The notes under the pieces are model-generated. The model was not told the DNA's origin and did no database searches. It saw only the letters and a list, made by a program, of their open reading frames with translations. A stretch of DNA of 63,789 bases, filler included, from Octopus bimaculoides (lineage: Eukaryota), in assembly GCF_001194135.2 (NCBI RefSeq). It is 8 parts of 8 records of this genome, joined end to end, with 100 filler letters (N's around TTAATTAATTAA, not from the genome) between each part and the next. Parts side by side here need not be neighbours in the genome. Positions count along the whole stretch, not along the records: positions 1 to 22,960 come from NC_068992.1; 7 more parts are not named here. One strand, written 5' to 3'. Below are positions 1 to 14,717 of this stretch, one piece after another. The stretch's first letter is position 1, and each line of letters starts with the position of its first letter. Made by a program: the position numbers and the translations under genes.

Positions 1-266
1 ATATATATATATATAGGTTTATATGCCTGTATGTGTGCATATATATGTATTTACACACATACATACATATATAATTGCACACACACACACACCTATCCAT
101 ATATTCATGTCATGATTTCACAGCAAGCATTTTGACAACGTTGGTTATCTTATGACAGTTGTCAGAATCATTCGTGAGTTTACTTGAAAACCAGTCTGTC
201 TGTGAATCAGCGCGTGTGTTGTGAGTGAAAGTGAAAATAGATAGCGGACAGAAGAATATACAGAGT

Positions 267-268
<2 letters not shown>

Positions 269-352
<84 letters not shown>

Positions 353-380
353 GAGAGAGAGAGAGAGAGAGAGAATGAGA
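269..380. repeat. (GA)n microsatellite, representative of dozens of (CA)n, (TA)n, (GA)n, (TAGA)n, (TATG)n and (AAT)n tracts
   Basis: Directly visible; these tracts generate most ORFs in the ORF track. Confidence 0.99.
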
Positions 381-533
381 GAGGGCGGGAAGAGGTGAGA
401 GGATGAGTCATAAAAGAGACACACAAACATATATACCGATATCAAGATAATAAAATGAGGTTTGGCAGGGAGATAAGTTTAAAAGTAATTTACAAAGTTT
501 CCTTTTAGTTAACTAAGCTTGTTAACATCTACA

Positions 534-754
534 TACAAGAGGCTATTGAAAAGTTACTGGCTTTGGATAAAAGAAAATAAAGGAAGATCAGTTAACTATG
601 ATCTTATTCAACGTATTCCCCTCTCAGATTCACACACTTATTGCAGCGGTCCATCAGTTTTCCTAAGCTCTGTGAAAGAACTCGATTGGTTGATCCTTCG
701 CCCAGATCTTTCGCGATAGCTTCAAAGCTAGGAACTTTTCAGCACTCCCTAATA
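534..754. mobile_element. Mariner-type MITE (~220 bp), copy 1
   Basis: Imperfect TIRs tacaagaggctattgaaaagttactggct / agctaggaacttttcagcactccct; colinear with the copy at 5323-5534. Confidence 0.75.
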
Positions 755-1686
755 TAAACATAGATGAAACTTACGTTGGTAATTGCTTTCAAAATATCTG
801 ACTTAATTCGCAAAAGAGCGGAACACGAAAAGACATTTAAAAACATTTATTAGCTTATATCTGTTTTAATAAATGCTCTGTACATACATTCACGTATATT
901 TTATTTGATCTGTCCATTTCAGAATTGATCTTCAGGTGTTTTTTGTTTTTTAAACAAAACTTTTATAATTTTAATTGCGTTCGGTGAGACCAACGTAAAA
1001 TCGGACAAATCGATTAAAGCTGAGGTGGATTTTTCCCATTAATTCCTTTAGAAAACGACGTTAAGTCGAAAAAGACTTCACTCGCAATGACATAATTTGA
1101 GGTCTGCCTGTATTTACTATAAAATCTAAGCACTGATCTATATATGTGTTAAGCGAATCATTAGCTTTCCCTCATTGGTGACATAAATTCTATAATGTTG
1201 TATATATATTTACAGGTAAGGCCGGTATTTCTACGTCTACTTGTAGTATGGCGACGGTTTCTCAATTGTCCATACCCTGCGGCAAAAGGAATTTAGCTTC
1301 ATCTCGACGGATCAGGATTGTTTAATATTTATATGAGCGCGTGGGTGTGAATGTGTCCGTGTCTGCATGTGTTTGTGTGTATGTGTAAGCGTGTGTATGC
1401 ACATGCGCATATAAGTAAACATATGTATATATCTGTATATTATGTTAATGGTCATATGAGTTCCACGCACGTACACAAACGCACGCATACACTCACATAG
1501 AGACATGTCTGAAAAGATCAATACACAAAACTCACGTGACTGAGTTACTCATGTCGTATTATAATCGATTATCATAAAGTGTGTGTTTTCTCATATGCAC
1601 TGAGTTATATATATATATCTGAGTGTGTGTGCGTGGGTGCGTGTGCCTGTGTAGGTATATATATATATACACACACTCACACACTC

Positions 1687-1757
<71 letters not shown>

Positions 1758-2026
1758 CATCTGTGAATGTATGGATGTACATATAATACTTATGATCTAA
1801 TATAAGATATATATACGTGAATCTTATATCTTTTAGCTTTTCTTTCTTTCATTTGCGGCCATGCTGGTGCACCGCCTTGAAGAATTTTCAGTCGAATGAA
1901 TCGACCAAGCACTCATTTTTGTTAAGCCTGGTGCTTATTCTATCAGTCTCCTTTTGTTGAAGCGCCAATTTATGGGAACATGGTAGTGGGAGACACGCAC
2001 ATGCACAAAGACACACACAGACACAC

Positions 2027-2147
<121 letters not shown>

Positions 2148-3468
2148 CGATGGGCTTCTTTAAGTTTCCGTCTACCAAATCCATTCACAAGCTTTGATTG
2201 GCCCGAGGCTAAGTAGAAGACATTTGCCCATATGGCTGGGAAACAAGCTTCTTCCCACACAGCCAGGAAAATTTCATTTTAGATTCTATAGGTCCTTTCA
2301 GGAATGTTGGGAGTCGAAGCAAATAAAGCTATAAAATATAGCGTATAAATATTAGGATAAAATCCTGCTGGATCGAAAAAGTAGATTCTGTATTTTCTTT
2401 CCTTTTTTTTCCGCCGCAATGGATTGAGGAGAATGGATAGAGGAAAACGGATAGATATTTTATTAAAGCAAAATTTCACAACCTACTATATTCATATAAA
2501 CTATAGCTGAAACCTTTAACATAAACATTATTGCCAATATGCGTTTCTAAACACCAATTTCATATAAAAGAAGATGAGTCACAGTGATATCAACAAACAG
2601 ATAATATATATTTACAAGGTCCTTGTTTGAATAGCTGTTTTCTTGTTCAATGGAAATTTATAACAGAAATTACATAACCTGTAAGAATATGCTAAAAACA
2701 AAGCGTACAGATAATTCGCGCTCAAACCAGACCCGATACTGAAAATCCAACGTCGAAGGAAGGGAGACAGAATCCCAACAAGAGTTGGCTATAGAAGTTG
2801 TACCGTGATCTATCTAATTATCCATGTATAATTTTTATGACGCTCACTTTCCTGATATCCCTGTTTAACTTTTAGCATTCAGATTACTCTGTCGAATGTA
2901 ATGCTTATTTATTCACAATGCCTTGCATCAATCATACATTATTAGCATATAGTTTCGAGATTTCGATGATGTGATTGTTTATTTTTAGAATAACATTTTA
3001 AGATGGGTGTGAGAGGTCGGTTCTGGCCATTTGAACATAAAACAGATGGAATATTTGGGCCGGATATGGTCAGTTTGGATGCTAAAGGGGATAATTATAG
3101 AATTACACACTCGTTTATTCAATCTATTTTATAAATCATCTGATGCAATTAACAGCCATTTGTCCATCTACTATTTTATTGTACTAACTGAAATTATATA
3201 TTCAAGTTGAAAGTATAATGACCAAACAATGTAGTATATTGCTGTATATGTGTTCTGATTTAATTTTTAAATTTTGACAATAACAGTAAAAAGATTGGCC
3301 TCCAAGCTACATACAAAACTCTTTCATAGAATTTTATACATCCGCTAAGTAATCTTGCATATTGAATATACATTACGTGCTAGCATGGAGCTGCAGAAAT
3401 ACCGCAGTCTGTACATGGGCTCGTAGTAAAATAGCTTGGTGAAGGACACACAAACCCATACTGATTTG

Positions 3469-3513
3469 TACGAGAGGGTGCTGAAAAGTTCCTGACTTTG
3501 GGTGAAAGAAAAT
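3469..3513 (+). mobile_element. Truncated left end of the same mariner-type MITE
   Basis: tacgagagggtgctgaaaagttcctgactttgggtgaaagaaaat, which stops at the Tx1 relic. Confidence 0.7.
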
Positions 3514-3518
3514 TCGTT

Positions 3519-4030
3519 TTTTCATTTAAGCCTTGGTCTACGTTTGACCCACGACTGTAGCTCTGTCAATGAGATGAGCAGCAGAAATACGTGTCGCACG
3601 AAAGACGTCCACAACAGTTCACCCTTATTTTCGTCGTCGTCGTCCACATCATCGCAGTGATTTGGATATTTCTGTAGGTGCGACAGCCTCAAAGCGTGGC
3701 CCTGCATCATTAAGGATTGCGTCCCAAGACCATCACAGTGTGAGTGTAGATAGCAGATGGATTTTCTGATCAGCGAAACCTGACCGTTCCTTAAAAATCG
3801 GAAAAGCAAGGGCTCCAATCCGGCCAGAGTTTTTTTAGGATAAGGTACAACGGCTAGGCGATAGCACACTACCGAGGCGATATATGCATTCGCTACTTCC
3901 GCTCGGCCTTTCAGCAACAGCTTCCTTTCTGCTCATTTCCATGTGAGCTTGGCCACCCTAGTCATGACTACTTCCCAGTTCCTATCTCCTTGGAAATCTG
4001 GTCCGAACCAGAATCCGAGCACTATCACCA
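3519..4030 (-). mobile_element. Tx1/L1-clade LINE relic (RT C-terminal region)
   Basis: VLGFWFGPDFQGDRNWEVVMTRVAKLTWK*AERKLLLKGRAEVANAYIASVVCYRLAVVP...LFRFL...SIC...GLG...ALRL, the typical post-RT Tx1 segment, with an in-frame stop. Confidence 0.8.
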
Positions 4031-4039
4031 GACCCTCCG

Positions 4040-4479
4040 TCCAGCGAACTCAGACATAACAATTATAGATAAGGAAAAGCGAAATTACTTAATTATCGAC
4101 ATATCATGCCCTTTTGATTCCGGGATGGAAAAGACAGAGGAAGAAAAAAAATTACAATTCCTTAAAATTTGAAATATGAAGAATTTGGAGCATGTGAACA
4201 GTGAAAGTTGTGCCGATAATAATTGATGCGTTAGGAACAGTAAGCAAAGATATAGACAAATGGCCGAAGGAAATTGGAATAGAATTCTCGCTTGAGCTGA
4301 TGCAGAAGGTTTATCTCTTGGGGACAGCAAGGATTATCAGAAGGGTTCTAAGCACTTGAAAGACTACTGAAAACTTGTGGATACCAAAGGTTATAGGTAG
4401 TTACCCGCTAACCACATAAATACTATCAGGAATAAGACAGAACCTGAGCCAAGCCAAAATGATGATGATGATGATGATG

Positions 4480-4528
<49 letters not shown>

Positions 4529-4530
4529 TA
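4040..4530 (+). mobile_element. 3' end of an RLE-type non-LTR retrotransposon (R4/Dong/NeSL-like) with UTR and (TGA)n(TAA)n tail
   Basis: ANSDITIIDKEKRNYLIIDISCPFD (PD..D nuclease motif), a frameshift, then VKVVPIIIDALGTVSKDIDKW...QKVYLLGTARIIRRVLST* (4201-4359), about 100 nt of UTR and a trinucleotide tail. Confidence 0.85.
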
Positions 4531-4807
4531 ATAATAATTCTTTGTCATTTAAGCCATAGTAATAAACAATCTACAGGTAAGATGGTGAAATATCCCGTCA
4601 ATTTTATTTTCATATATTTCTTCCTTTTATCTTTTACTTGTTACAGGCACTGCATTGCCGCTGTGCTGAGGCACCGCTTGGGGAAGTTTGTTTTTTTTAG
4701 TCGAACGAATCGATCCCAGTACTTTTGTCAATCGTCTAAGTTACGGAGACGTAAAGAAAACGAACACCAGTTGTCAAGCAATGCTGAGAGTCAAACAAAT
4801 ATATAGA

Positions 4808-4859
<52 letters not shown>

Positions 4860-5322
4860 ATACACTGCCCCCCACCAAAATATATATATATTTTATATAC
4901 GATGAGCTTCTTTCAGTTTCCATCTACTGAACCCAGGCAAGGAAACATGCGGTTGAGAAGCAAACTTCTCACCACATAGCCACTCATATACCTTTATTTA
5001 TTATTTCATTAAACTACAGAGCTGTTGTAGAACCACTGGAAATTCTGCTGTAATCCTGTGTTCTTTACAGAAACAAATTGATTTGGTTCCAACTGCATGC
5101 TTTGATGCCAGCTGCAAGTGTGGAAGAGAGTTCTTGACAATTTTCATATACTAACGCCGCTTGAAGCAGAATACATTGGATAATCATTCAAAATGATAGA
5201 AATAACAATAAAACATCCTTCCGCTTACACCCTCTTATCTTATGACAAGAAGGACACGCTGGTTCATATAGTTAAAAAAATACTATGTCTGGAATAGCGC
5301 AAGAACACTGTACGAAGTGGGA

Positions 5323-5534
5323 TGTGGGAGGATGCTGAACACTTCCTGGCTTTGGGTAAAGAAAATACAGGAGGATAAGTTAATTATGATTTTATTTAAC
5401 ATACACCCTTCTTAGATTAACACACTTACTGCAGTGGTTTTTCTAAGCCCTGTTAAAGAATTAGGAAGTTTGAACCTCCAGCCAGGCCTTTCATGATACT
5501 CTTAAAACCAGGAACTTTTCAGGACCTTGTCGTA
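5323..5534. mobile_element. Mariner-type MITE, copy 2
   Basis: gatgctgaacacttcctggctttgggtaaa ... aaccaggaacttttcaggaccttgtcgta; same internal sequence as 534-754. Confidence 0.75.
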
Positions 5535-6512
5535 CGCTTTTTGATGATTGATCGGTTGGATCACGTGTGAGTAAGGGTTAAGCGGTAACAACAACAGCAA
5601 CAATCCATAAGGCACAGTTTAGATGCATTTATTTGAAAACTGGTGAGCTTGGCTGTTAGATTTTCTATATCATCTACAATATTTTCTACAATATGTCCGG
5701 TTTACTCGCAGGCAAATTGGAATGGCAGTGAGGAATTACAAACCATTGACCTTTGTCTATCTGTCTGAGTGAGTCACTCGCTTTCGCTGTCCGAACCGAA
5801 TATGTTTGAAAATTCTAGATTTATCTCTTAGGTAGAAAACGAAAAGCAGCGAATATGATGTTGTTCATTAACCCGCTCCGCCATGCTGGACCAGATTGGA
5901 CAAACGTAATATCAAAGATGTTCCATATGAAGTCATTATGATATTTTCGTATATTTTAAGAGCCCAGAATCATATGATCAGAATGTCATTTCTCTAAAAC
6001 AATAGGATACAATTAGAGACAGATTTAGCCGCTATTTCTTGCATCAAGCAACCGTATACCTAATGCTTCGAGTTATCTTGGCTCTCCGAGAATAATAAAC
6101 TTCAGTAGAATGAAATTAAACGGTTGATACATTAAAGTATATAAATGGGCGTAACGATGACGAAGATCCAATTGGCTCTCTACTGATCTGTAACTATTAA
6201 CCCAACGTATTCACACCAATATAATAAGTGAATATACTCTAAATCATTGTGGACTTTTTCTTTTGTTTGTCGAACACATGTACACATGGTGTGTGTATTG
6301 TCAGTTCGTGGACAGGTTGCGATTTATAGGCACGAGAGAAAATTTTCTCGTCAATAAGGCTGGTGTAAAATCACCTAAAAGTCATAGACATGCGGGATAA
6401 TTCACGCGAAGTCTCATTGCAGGGGTAGTAGACATTAATGTTTCGTCATCTTTGTGACATATGAATATCACGTACCCAAAACGAGGCTAGAAGTAAGCTA
6501 AATCGCTCGCTT

Positions 6513-6561
<49 letters not shown>

Positions 6562-6845
6562 ATGCATATACATATTTGTATATATATATATATATATATA
6601 TATACATACATACCTTGCCAAAACATCTGAGAGATGTGCATGCAGTGGAGGGGATGTTTTCAAGAAACAACATGACCGCCCGCTCTCCACCGTCTCAGAT
6701 GAGCTTACATCAGGTCAAGAAACTCAAAAGAAGGCAGCAATATCGAACTCTCTCCTTCATCAAAAGTCGGTCACATAAGAATGGCTATTGATAAGTTAAC
6801 AATGCTGGCGGCTCCCCAGCATGGCCACAGCATTTGGGCCGAAAC

Positions 6846-6914
<69 letters not shown>

Positions 6915-7263
6915 CAGGGGGGAGAAAGAGAGAGATATAGAGAGAGTGGGACTAAGATATACCATATCGACAAAGACAAAACGTGAAAAATAATGAGACA
7001 CAAAGGCAACAAGCAAATAAATAATACATGGAGTCAGGGAAAGAAGAACCGTGGCTGGAAAAGGATGGGAATATAAAACAAGTAAAAAAGACAATGGGAT
7101 AATAAGACAAGGAAAATAAATGCGCAACGGGAAGAAACAGAAGAGAATTTAACATTTCAGATGAGATCATTCATGGAATACAAGAAAAAGAAATAAGAAA
7201 CGCGAGAAGAAAGCAAAATACACGATATCGAATTTACGGCTTTTGTTATATTCCAGGCCTTGC

Positions 7264-7381
<118 letters not shown>

Positions 7382-7474
7382 CATACGTGTGTGTGTATGT
7401 GCGTTTGTGTGTGCATGTGCGTGTGTGTATGTGCATATATGTGTGTGTGTATGTGTGAGTATACGATTATACAA

Positions 7475-7533
<59 letters not shown>

Positions 7534-7584
7534 AAATGACTAGCAGTGTGATAGACTGAAAGAGAGAGAGAGAGTGAGAGATAG

Positions 7585-7618
<34 letters not shown>

Positions 7619-8423
7619 CCAGTGTTAGAGAAACAGCAAAGAAAGAAAGGTGACGTGGAGGAAATAAATAATGTACCTCCAGTGTGTTTCTATATACTTA
7701 CGCGCTTATAGAAAACCGCTCACACACACATGCACACACGGGTGCACAAATGCAAACTCACACGAACAGTCATATGCGCGGACGCACACACACATACATG
7801 CGCGCGCGCGCAAGCAATTCAATATCAGATAGGAATGTTTTTAATGTTGTATTTATCATGCAATTTCGTTTAAGCACATCCAGTCGCTCGACATTTCTCC
7901 TAATAACATGTCTTAATTAACATCATCTATTAACCGACTTAACGGCTACCATCTTAAATATATATACTGTTTGTAATTTGCAGGTTGATACATACATTAC
8001 CTGCAAAGAAAGTGAAACACTTGTCAAAGTACAACCTTTGTTGCTACGCCGGTTAAAATGCCTAGTAGTGTTTCTTCCGACTCTACGTTCTGAGTTCAAA
8101 TGCGTCTGAGGTCGATTTTATCTTTCATTCTTTCGGGGTTGATAAAATAGAACCTAGTAGAGCACTGGCATTGAAATAATCGACTTATCTGTCCCTTGAA
8201 ATGGCTGGACTCGTGCCACAATTTGAAACCATTCTGAACGGCAGAATCAATGGGGCGTCGTACAAAATTGTTCAGCAACATTTCTCTGGCTCTTTACATT
8301 TTCAGTTCAAACGCTACCGAGGTGGATAAAATAAGCATCAGTAGAGCTTTGGAGTCGCTGTAATCGGCTCTCCCCTGCCCTCAGAAATTACTGGTATTGT
8401 GTTAAAATTAGAAAGAAATATAT

Positions 8424-8836
8424 AGGCGTAGAAGTGGCTGTGTGGTAAGTAGCTTGCTTACCAACCACATGGTTCCGGGTTCAGTCCCACTGCGTGGCAC
8501 CTTGGGCAAGTGTCTTCTACTATAACCTCGGGCCGACCAAAGCCTTGTGAGTGGATTTGGTAGACGGAAACTGAAAGAAGCCCGTCATAGATGTATATAT
8601 ATATGTATGTGTGTGTGTATATGTTTGTGTGTCTGTGTTTGTTCCCCCAACATCGCTTAACAACCGATGCTGGTGTGTTTACGTCCCCGTAACTTAGCGG
8701 TTCGTCTGAAAAGACCGATAGAATAAGTACTAGGCTTACAAAGAATAAGTTCTGGGGTCGATTAGCTCGACTAAAAGGCGGTGCTCCAGCATTGCCATAG
8801 TCAAATGACTGAAACAAGTAAAAGAGTAAAAGAGTA
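8424..8836 (+). mobile_element. tRNA-derived SINE family A, full length
   Basis: A/B boxes (TGGCTGTGTGG, GGGTTCAGTCC), ccttgggcaagtgtctt body, internal (TA/TG) tract and (AAAAGAGT)n tail. Other copies: 37664-38070, 54181-54530, 24130-24480, 56570-56790 (+); 1840-2268, 4620-4980, 26250-26450, 37523-38270 (-). Confidence 0.9.
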
Positions 8837-9559
8837 TATAAAGTACGTTATAGCCCTTAACTGAGTTCGAATCCTGCTGATGCCGACTTTGCCTTTCTTC
8901 ATTTCAACCTCAGTAAACGAGTAAATAAATAAATATAACGCTTNNNNNNNNNNNNNNNNNNNNNNNNNNNNNNNNNNNNNNNNNNNNNNNNNNNNNNNNN
9001 NNNNNNNNNNNNNNNNNNNNNNNNNNNNNNNNNNNNNNNNNNNNNNNNNNNNNNNNNNNNNNNNNNNNNNTCATACCCTTTCTCTCAAATGTAATGTCTT
9101 GTGACAATATCAGAAATCAATATATAAAGTAATTAAGACATTCATCTATAATTATTGCAATTGTTTGATCAGCTAACCGATAGAACTAAGCACGCATTCA
9201 ATTAAAATGAAAGTTGGCCGATTTTTTTTCCCCCATTGATATCTGTACGAGTGACATAATACTCATGCAGAATGTAACTTGTATTTTCTGTGGAATAGTT
9301 GAGTATTTTACAGACATCAATAATCTGAACGAATTCACTAAAAAGTTTCTGCGAAATAACTGTATTCTTTACAGTACCAGACCAATAATCCGGCAAAGTT
9401 GAGATCAGAAGTTGCTCGGATTCCTGGATTTCACGATTTTTGAGGACAGCCATATATGTATATATATTAAAGACTTTTTCAATTCCCGAGCGTTATACTA
9501 ATACATAGGTTTGTTTTCTACACCACCTGTATTCGTCTTTTGTTTTTTTTGTGAATTCT

Positions 9560-9598
<39 letters not shown>

Positions 9599-10449
9599 AA
9601 AATGAACTGTCAAAATGAAAGAAGTAAATTAAAGAACTAAATTGTATTTAACAAAACCAAATTAATGATTTCAAATTTTGGCACAAAGCCTGCAATTCCG
9701 GGGAGAGGATGAAAGGCAAAGTCGATATCGGCTAAGCATTCTATACGGCATACTAAAGATTCCGCCAGCTAGCTGCTTAAAAATAGCGATTTAAAATTTT
9801 GACTCATGGTCTGCAGTTTCGGGGAGGGGATAAGTCGATCGCATTGACTGCAGGACACAACTGTTACTTACTTTATTGATCCCGTACTCAAATGGTATTT
9901 ACTTTATCGATCCTAGTCTTCAACTGGTACTTATTTTATCGGCCGCGAAAGGATGAAAGGCAAAGTCGACCACAGAGACACTGGAAATCAGCGTGCTAAC
10001 GATTTAGCCAGCTCACTGTCGTGCACAGATTTCAATTAATACATGTCTACAACAGGTTGTGATTGATGCTTATTCTTCCACTTAAAATTCTTAAAATATA
10101 TTATACTTGACCTTGCATGCTGCTTAATATTTATAGGATAAAAATTAATTGGAGTTGTTTAGCAGATGCAGATATAAATAAAATTCTGATGCAGAATATC
10201 TTAAATCGTCATCAATCCACACAAAACGGTAAAGGAGGAAAGTATTTTTAATATAGACGCTGGCATAGCTGTGTGGTAAGAAGCTTGCGACCCAACCACG
10301 TGGTTTCGAGTTCAACCCCGCTGTGTGGTACCTTGTGGAAGTACCTCCTCCTATAACTGCCGGCCATTGAGTATTCTTTTGAACTCTTTACTTTTACCTA
10401 CGCAAACTACAATACACAAACACACACACACACACTCTCTCTCTCTGTC

Positions 10450-10483
<34 letters not shown>

Positions 10484-11423
10484 ACACACACACAGGGTGT
10501 TAGACAAGCCGATACACATGTTTTAAAAGTGTAGGAATATTAAGTAAAACTTTGACAAACGAAGTGCACGATAAAGCCCAATACAGTAAAAGAAAGAAAG
10601 CGTCGATAATCTGACTTTCCGTGTGATATACGCTATCGAAGAAAAAAAGAAAGAATTAAAAGACAAGAGAAAAAGAACCGTACTATACCAATGACGTCCG
10701 TATGGTTTTACATGTATGAGTATAACATTAAATTACATCTGGTAGTGAGACTCTTGTCCGGGAGTTCTGATGTTGTAGCGGAGCATGAAGTCATCCCTTA
10801 ACAACAATTACTCCCAAGTGCGCTCTGACTCGGAACGGTAGCGCCTGTCAGTATCCCATCTATGGGTTGAATAAATTTCTCTGGGTAACAGGCGGCATCC
10901 GTCATTCTTGTTATTCTTGACAAAGCTGTGGGGAAGGTAGATCTTGTAGATGGAAAATACTCTGACATTAGAATCGTAGTCAAAATAATACCAGTCATCT
11001 TACGGTGTTTGTCGATTGAATCTACTATAGCGATCCAGAAAGTGGCAAAAGTGTTTCACATGATTAGACGCTTAAATTCTAAAACATACAGATGTCTTAT
11101 TCATTTCATTTCTTGGTCCGTTGATTTCCTGATCAACAATCAGGCAGAATGTGAGACGGCTATCATCCGGAAGATGAGACAATCATCATTCATCATGTAT
11201 GTATGTATTTATGTATCTATGTGCATGTGTGTATGTATGCATGTATGTATGTATGTTATCATTCAGTTTTATTTCAATATTTCTTGCCAATAGAGAATGA
11301 ACTAGTTTCTAACCTACATCCAAGGCTCCTTTATAGGAATTTCATCATCAACAAGGTATTTGCACATGTTTATGTGTATGTGTGCAGTATTTTGTGCCAG
11401 CGCATGTGCAGATTTATAGTTTT

Positions 11424-11464
<41 letters not shown>

Positions 11465-11610
11465 TCACGTACATAGTTGCATGTCTAGGCATGCACATAT
11501 ATGCTTAAATACGAAACTTATGGAAAGTTTTAAAAAATTTTTACAGTTCCATTGATGGCTTGAATCTGTATGTATGTATGTACGTATATATATATGTATA
11601 TATATATGCA

Positions 11611-11646
<36 letters not shown>

Positions 11647-12934
11647 TTTGTTATACGATGTTTGCATATTATTCAGTAGTTTACGTTAATTGCTACCTAT
11701 GTCTTCAATATCAAAAATTTTAGGAAAGTCAACAGCTTACTGAACTAATATCTGTCTATTACTACGGCTTAATTTACCGAAACCTAACTGGAGGCAGCCA
11801 CTTGAAGTCCAGCGATGTTTTAAAACTGAACATGAAGGCCAAAACTGAACAAAAATAGACAATGAATTTTATGGAACCCTTTATCTTTTTGCTACTTTGA
11901 GTGGTTAAACTAACAAAGCATTAGTTTCTTTCTTGACCAAGGTCTGTTTTTGAAAGAGGAAGGTCTGAGTAAATTTCATACACATCTGCATATGACAATG
12001 TTATTATTCTACCGTGTTTAAATCCTATGTGGTCATCGCTGGAAACTCCAAAATCAAATTCAGCGACTTCCAAGTGAAATTGCACAAGTCATCGTAACGC
12101 ACGTAAAGAAGAAATTGCCGCTATGCATTTTTATATTTTTATGAATTTCTAGTCCTAAATCAAATAAATGTACAAAGAGAAGAGAAAAGCTTCAGCGAGC
12201 GTGATTACATGTGTGTGTGTATATGTATATGTGTGAATCTGTGTACGTACGATATGTGTATACACACACAAACACACGCACAAGCACACATACAGACACA
12301 CACACACACAGACACATGTACAACGTTCAGTTTCCTACTTATGTCATTGCGCCAAGTTTCGGTTTGGCTGAACATAGGTATATTATCTACCTACCTACTT
12401 GTCTGTCTGTCTATCTGTCTGTCTGTTTGTCTGTCTGTCTGTTTGTCTGTCTGTCTGCATTTCTATCTTTTTATCTGTTTCTGCTTTCTGATCTGTCCAT
12501 CTCATTAATTCGCCATTTCTTTCTTTCTTTCTTTCTTTCTCTCAGATATACTTATCAGTCCGTCTATTACTTTGTCTGACTCTGTATGTATCTCTGTCTC
12601 TCTATCTGTTTTTTGTTCCTCCGTTTTCTAATCTGTCCATCTCGTTAATTCCCGCCCCCATCTCTCTGAAATATACTTATCAGTTAGTTAATCTGTCTTT
12701 CTGTCTGCCTGCCTGTCACTCTATCTCTCTATTTGTCTCCCTATCTGTTTATCTATCTACTTATTGAAGTTTACGTATAATGTTTCCCTTAGTCCCATCC
12801 GAATGTAAAAGAGAAATGTTGTGCTATCATTCCATTAACCGATATACAGCCGTAATTTCCAGAAGTATGTGTCTCATTTTATGTACAATTTCCTCACCAT
12901 TAACCGGAAAGAGGAATCAGTACAGTTCCAGCTG

Positions 12935-13316
12935 TGTTGGCACTCCGTCGGTTACGACGTCGAGGGTTCCAGTTGATCTGATCAACGGAACAGCCTGCTC
13001 GTGAAATTAACGTGCAAGTGGCTGAGCACTCCACAGACACGTGTACCCTTACTGTAGTTCTCGGGGATACTCAGCGTGACATAGTGTGACAAGGCTGACC
13101 CTTTGAATTACAGGCACAACAGAAACAGGAAGTAAGAGTGAGGGAAAGTTGTGGTGGAAGAGTACAGTAGGGTTCGCTACCATCCCCTGCCGGAGCCTCG
13201 TGGAGCTTTAGGTGTTTTCGCTCAATAAACACCCACAACGCCCGGTCTGGGAATCGAAACCGTAATCCTACGACCACGAGTCCGCTGCTCTAACAACTGG
13301 GCCATTGCGCCTCCAC
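12935..13316 (-). mobile_element. tRNA-derived SINE family C (Ceph-SINE-like)
   Basis: Head gtggaggcgcaatggcccagttgttagagc...ggtttcgattccc and 3' gagtgctcagccacttgcacgttaatttcacgagc domain shared with 52696-52802; a partial copy lies at 21240-21385. Confidence 0.75.
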
Positions 13317-14072
13317 AGTTCCAGCTAAACCAAAGGAAACTAATGGTGGTTATGGCAACTTTTCTTTATCTGCATTTGCCTTCGTTGCGATCACTCGTCT
13401 TGATGTCTTAGCTACGCATTTTAGCTGTAGTTTTTATTCTGAAAGCAAGCATATCTTTATGGTTAAGGAGTTCGCTTAGCAACCCTGTGGCTTTGTGTTC
13501 AATCCCACTGGGCGGCACCTTGGTCAGGTGTCTTATAAACAATAAATGAGATATTTCTCGTTACACTATGCCAAGATAACAATAGAATGATTGACTGTAA
13601 TGATGCTGTGAAATGATGGGCCGTGAGAAATAACAGCCTAATCTCTTTAAAATTAGGCTCTACTATAATTGAAATGTTTTCAGTTTTGCTTTCACCAATT
13701 AAGGGCCAACGCAACCCTAAATATCAATAACAACAACAATAGGGGTAGTATGATTATATGCCCAAAGAGAAATTTAAAAAAGATGCAAAAATCGATATAG
13801 TGCATCGTAATAAGATACGTTCAATACATTATCAACTAAAATTGATTAAATGCTAATAAAAATCCATTGAAGATTTGAATTGATATATCGCATGTTATGA
13901 ATTTGAGACGGTCAGATAAATAAACTGTAACATACCTACCCACCCACCTACCTACCTACGTTCCTACCTACGTACCTACCTACGTACCTACCTACGTACG
14001 TACGTACGTACCTACCTACCTACCTACCTACCTACTTACCTATCCACTTACCAACATACCTACGTACATGTA

Positions 14073-14103
<31 letters not shown>

Positions 14104-14482
14104 GTACATACATACATACATACTTATATTCATAGATACGGACGCATATATAGATATGTGTGTGTGTCTGTGTGTATATTCATATGTATATATAAATATG
14201 TATAGATATGTATGTATATATATATATATATATATAAAGTATATCATAAATCTGTGTGTGTACGCGTCTGTTGATATACATTGATCGTTAGTTAGACAGT
14301 GAGACAGAGACAGACAAAGAGATACAGAGAAAGACATAGAAGCAGACAGCTGAATAGATATTCGGTTAGATTAAATTTTTAATAGACATAAAAACTGTGG
14401 ATAGGAAGGTTAGAAATAGCAGATTTTCATTAGCAAGTCTCAAGATATATTAAATACAATGCGCTATGTCCGCTTTGAGAGC

Positions 14483-14526
<44 letters not shown>

Positions 14527-14679
14527 TAGAGAGAGAGAGAGAGAGAGCGAGAGAGAGGGAGTTAATCTCTCAAATTACTGTTGATATATATATATGTGTA
14601 TGTGTGTATGTGTATGTGATTGTATACATATATATATGTATGTATATGCATATATATATATATACATATNNNNNNNNNN

Positions 14680-14717
<38 letters not shown>

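Noticed and set aside
1205-1222. tttacag|gtaagg as a recursive splice site (similar at about 4570-4580)
   Set aside because: No host + strand gene is identified, and such motifs are frequent by chance in AT-rich DNA.
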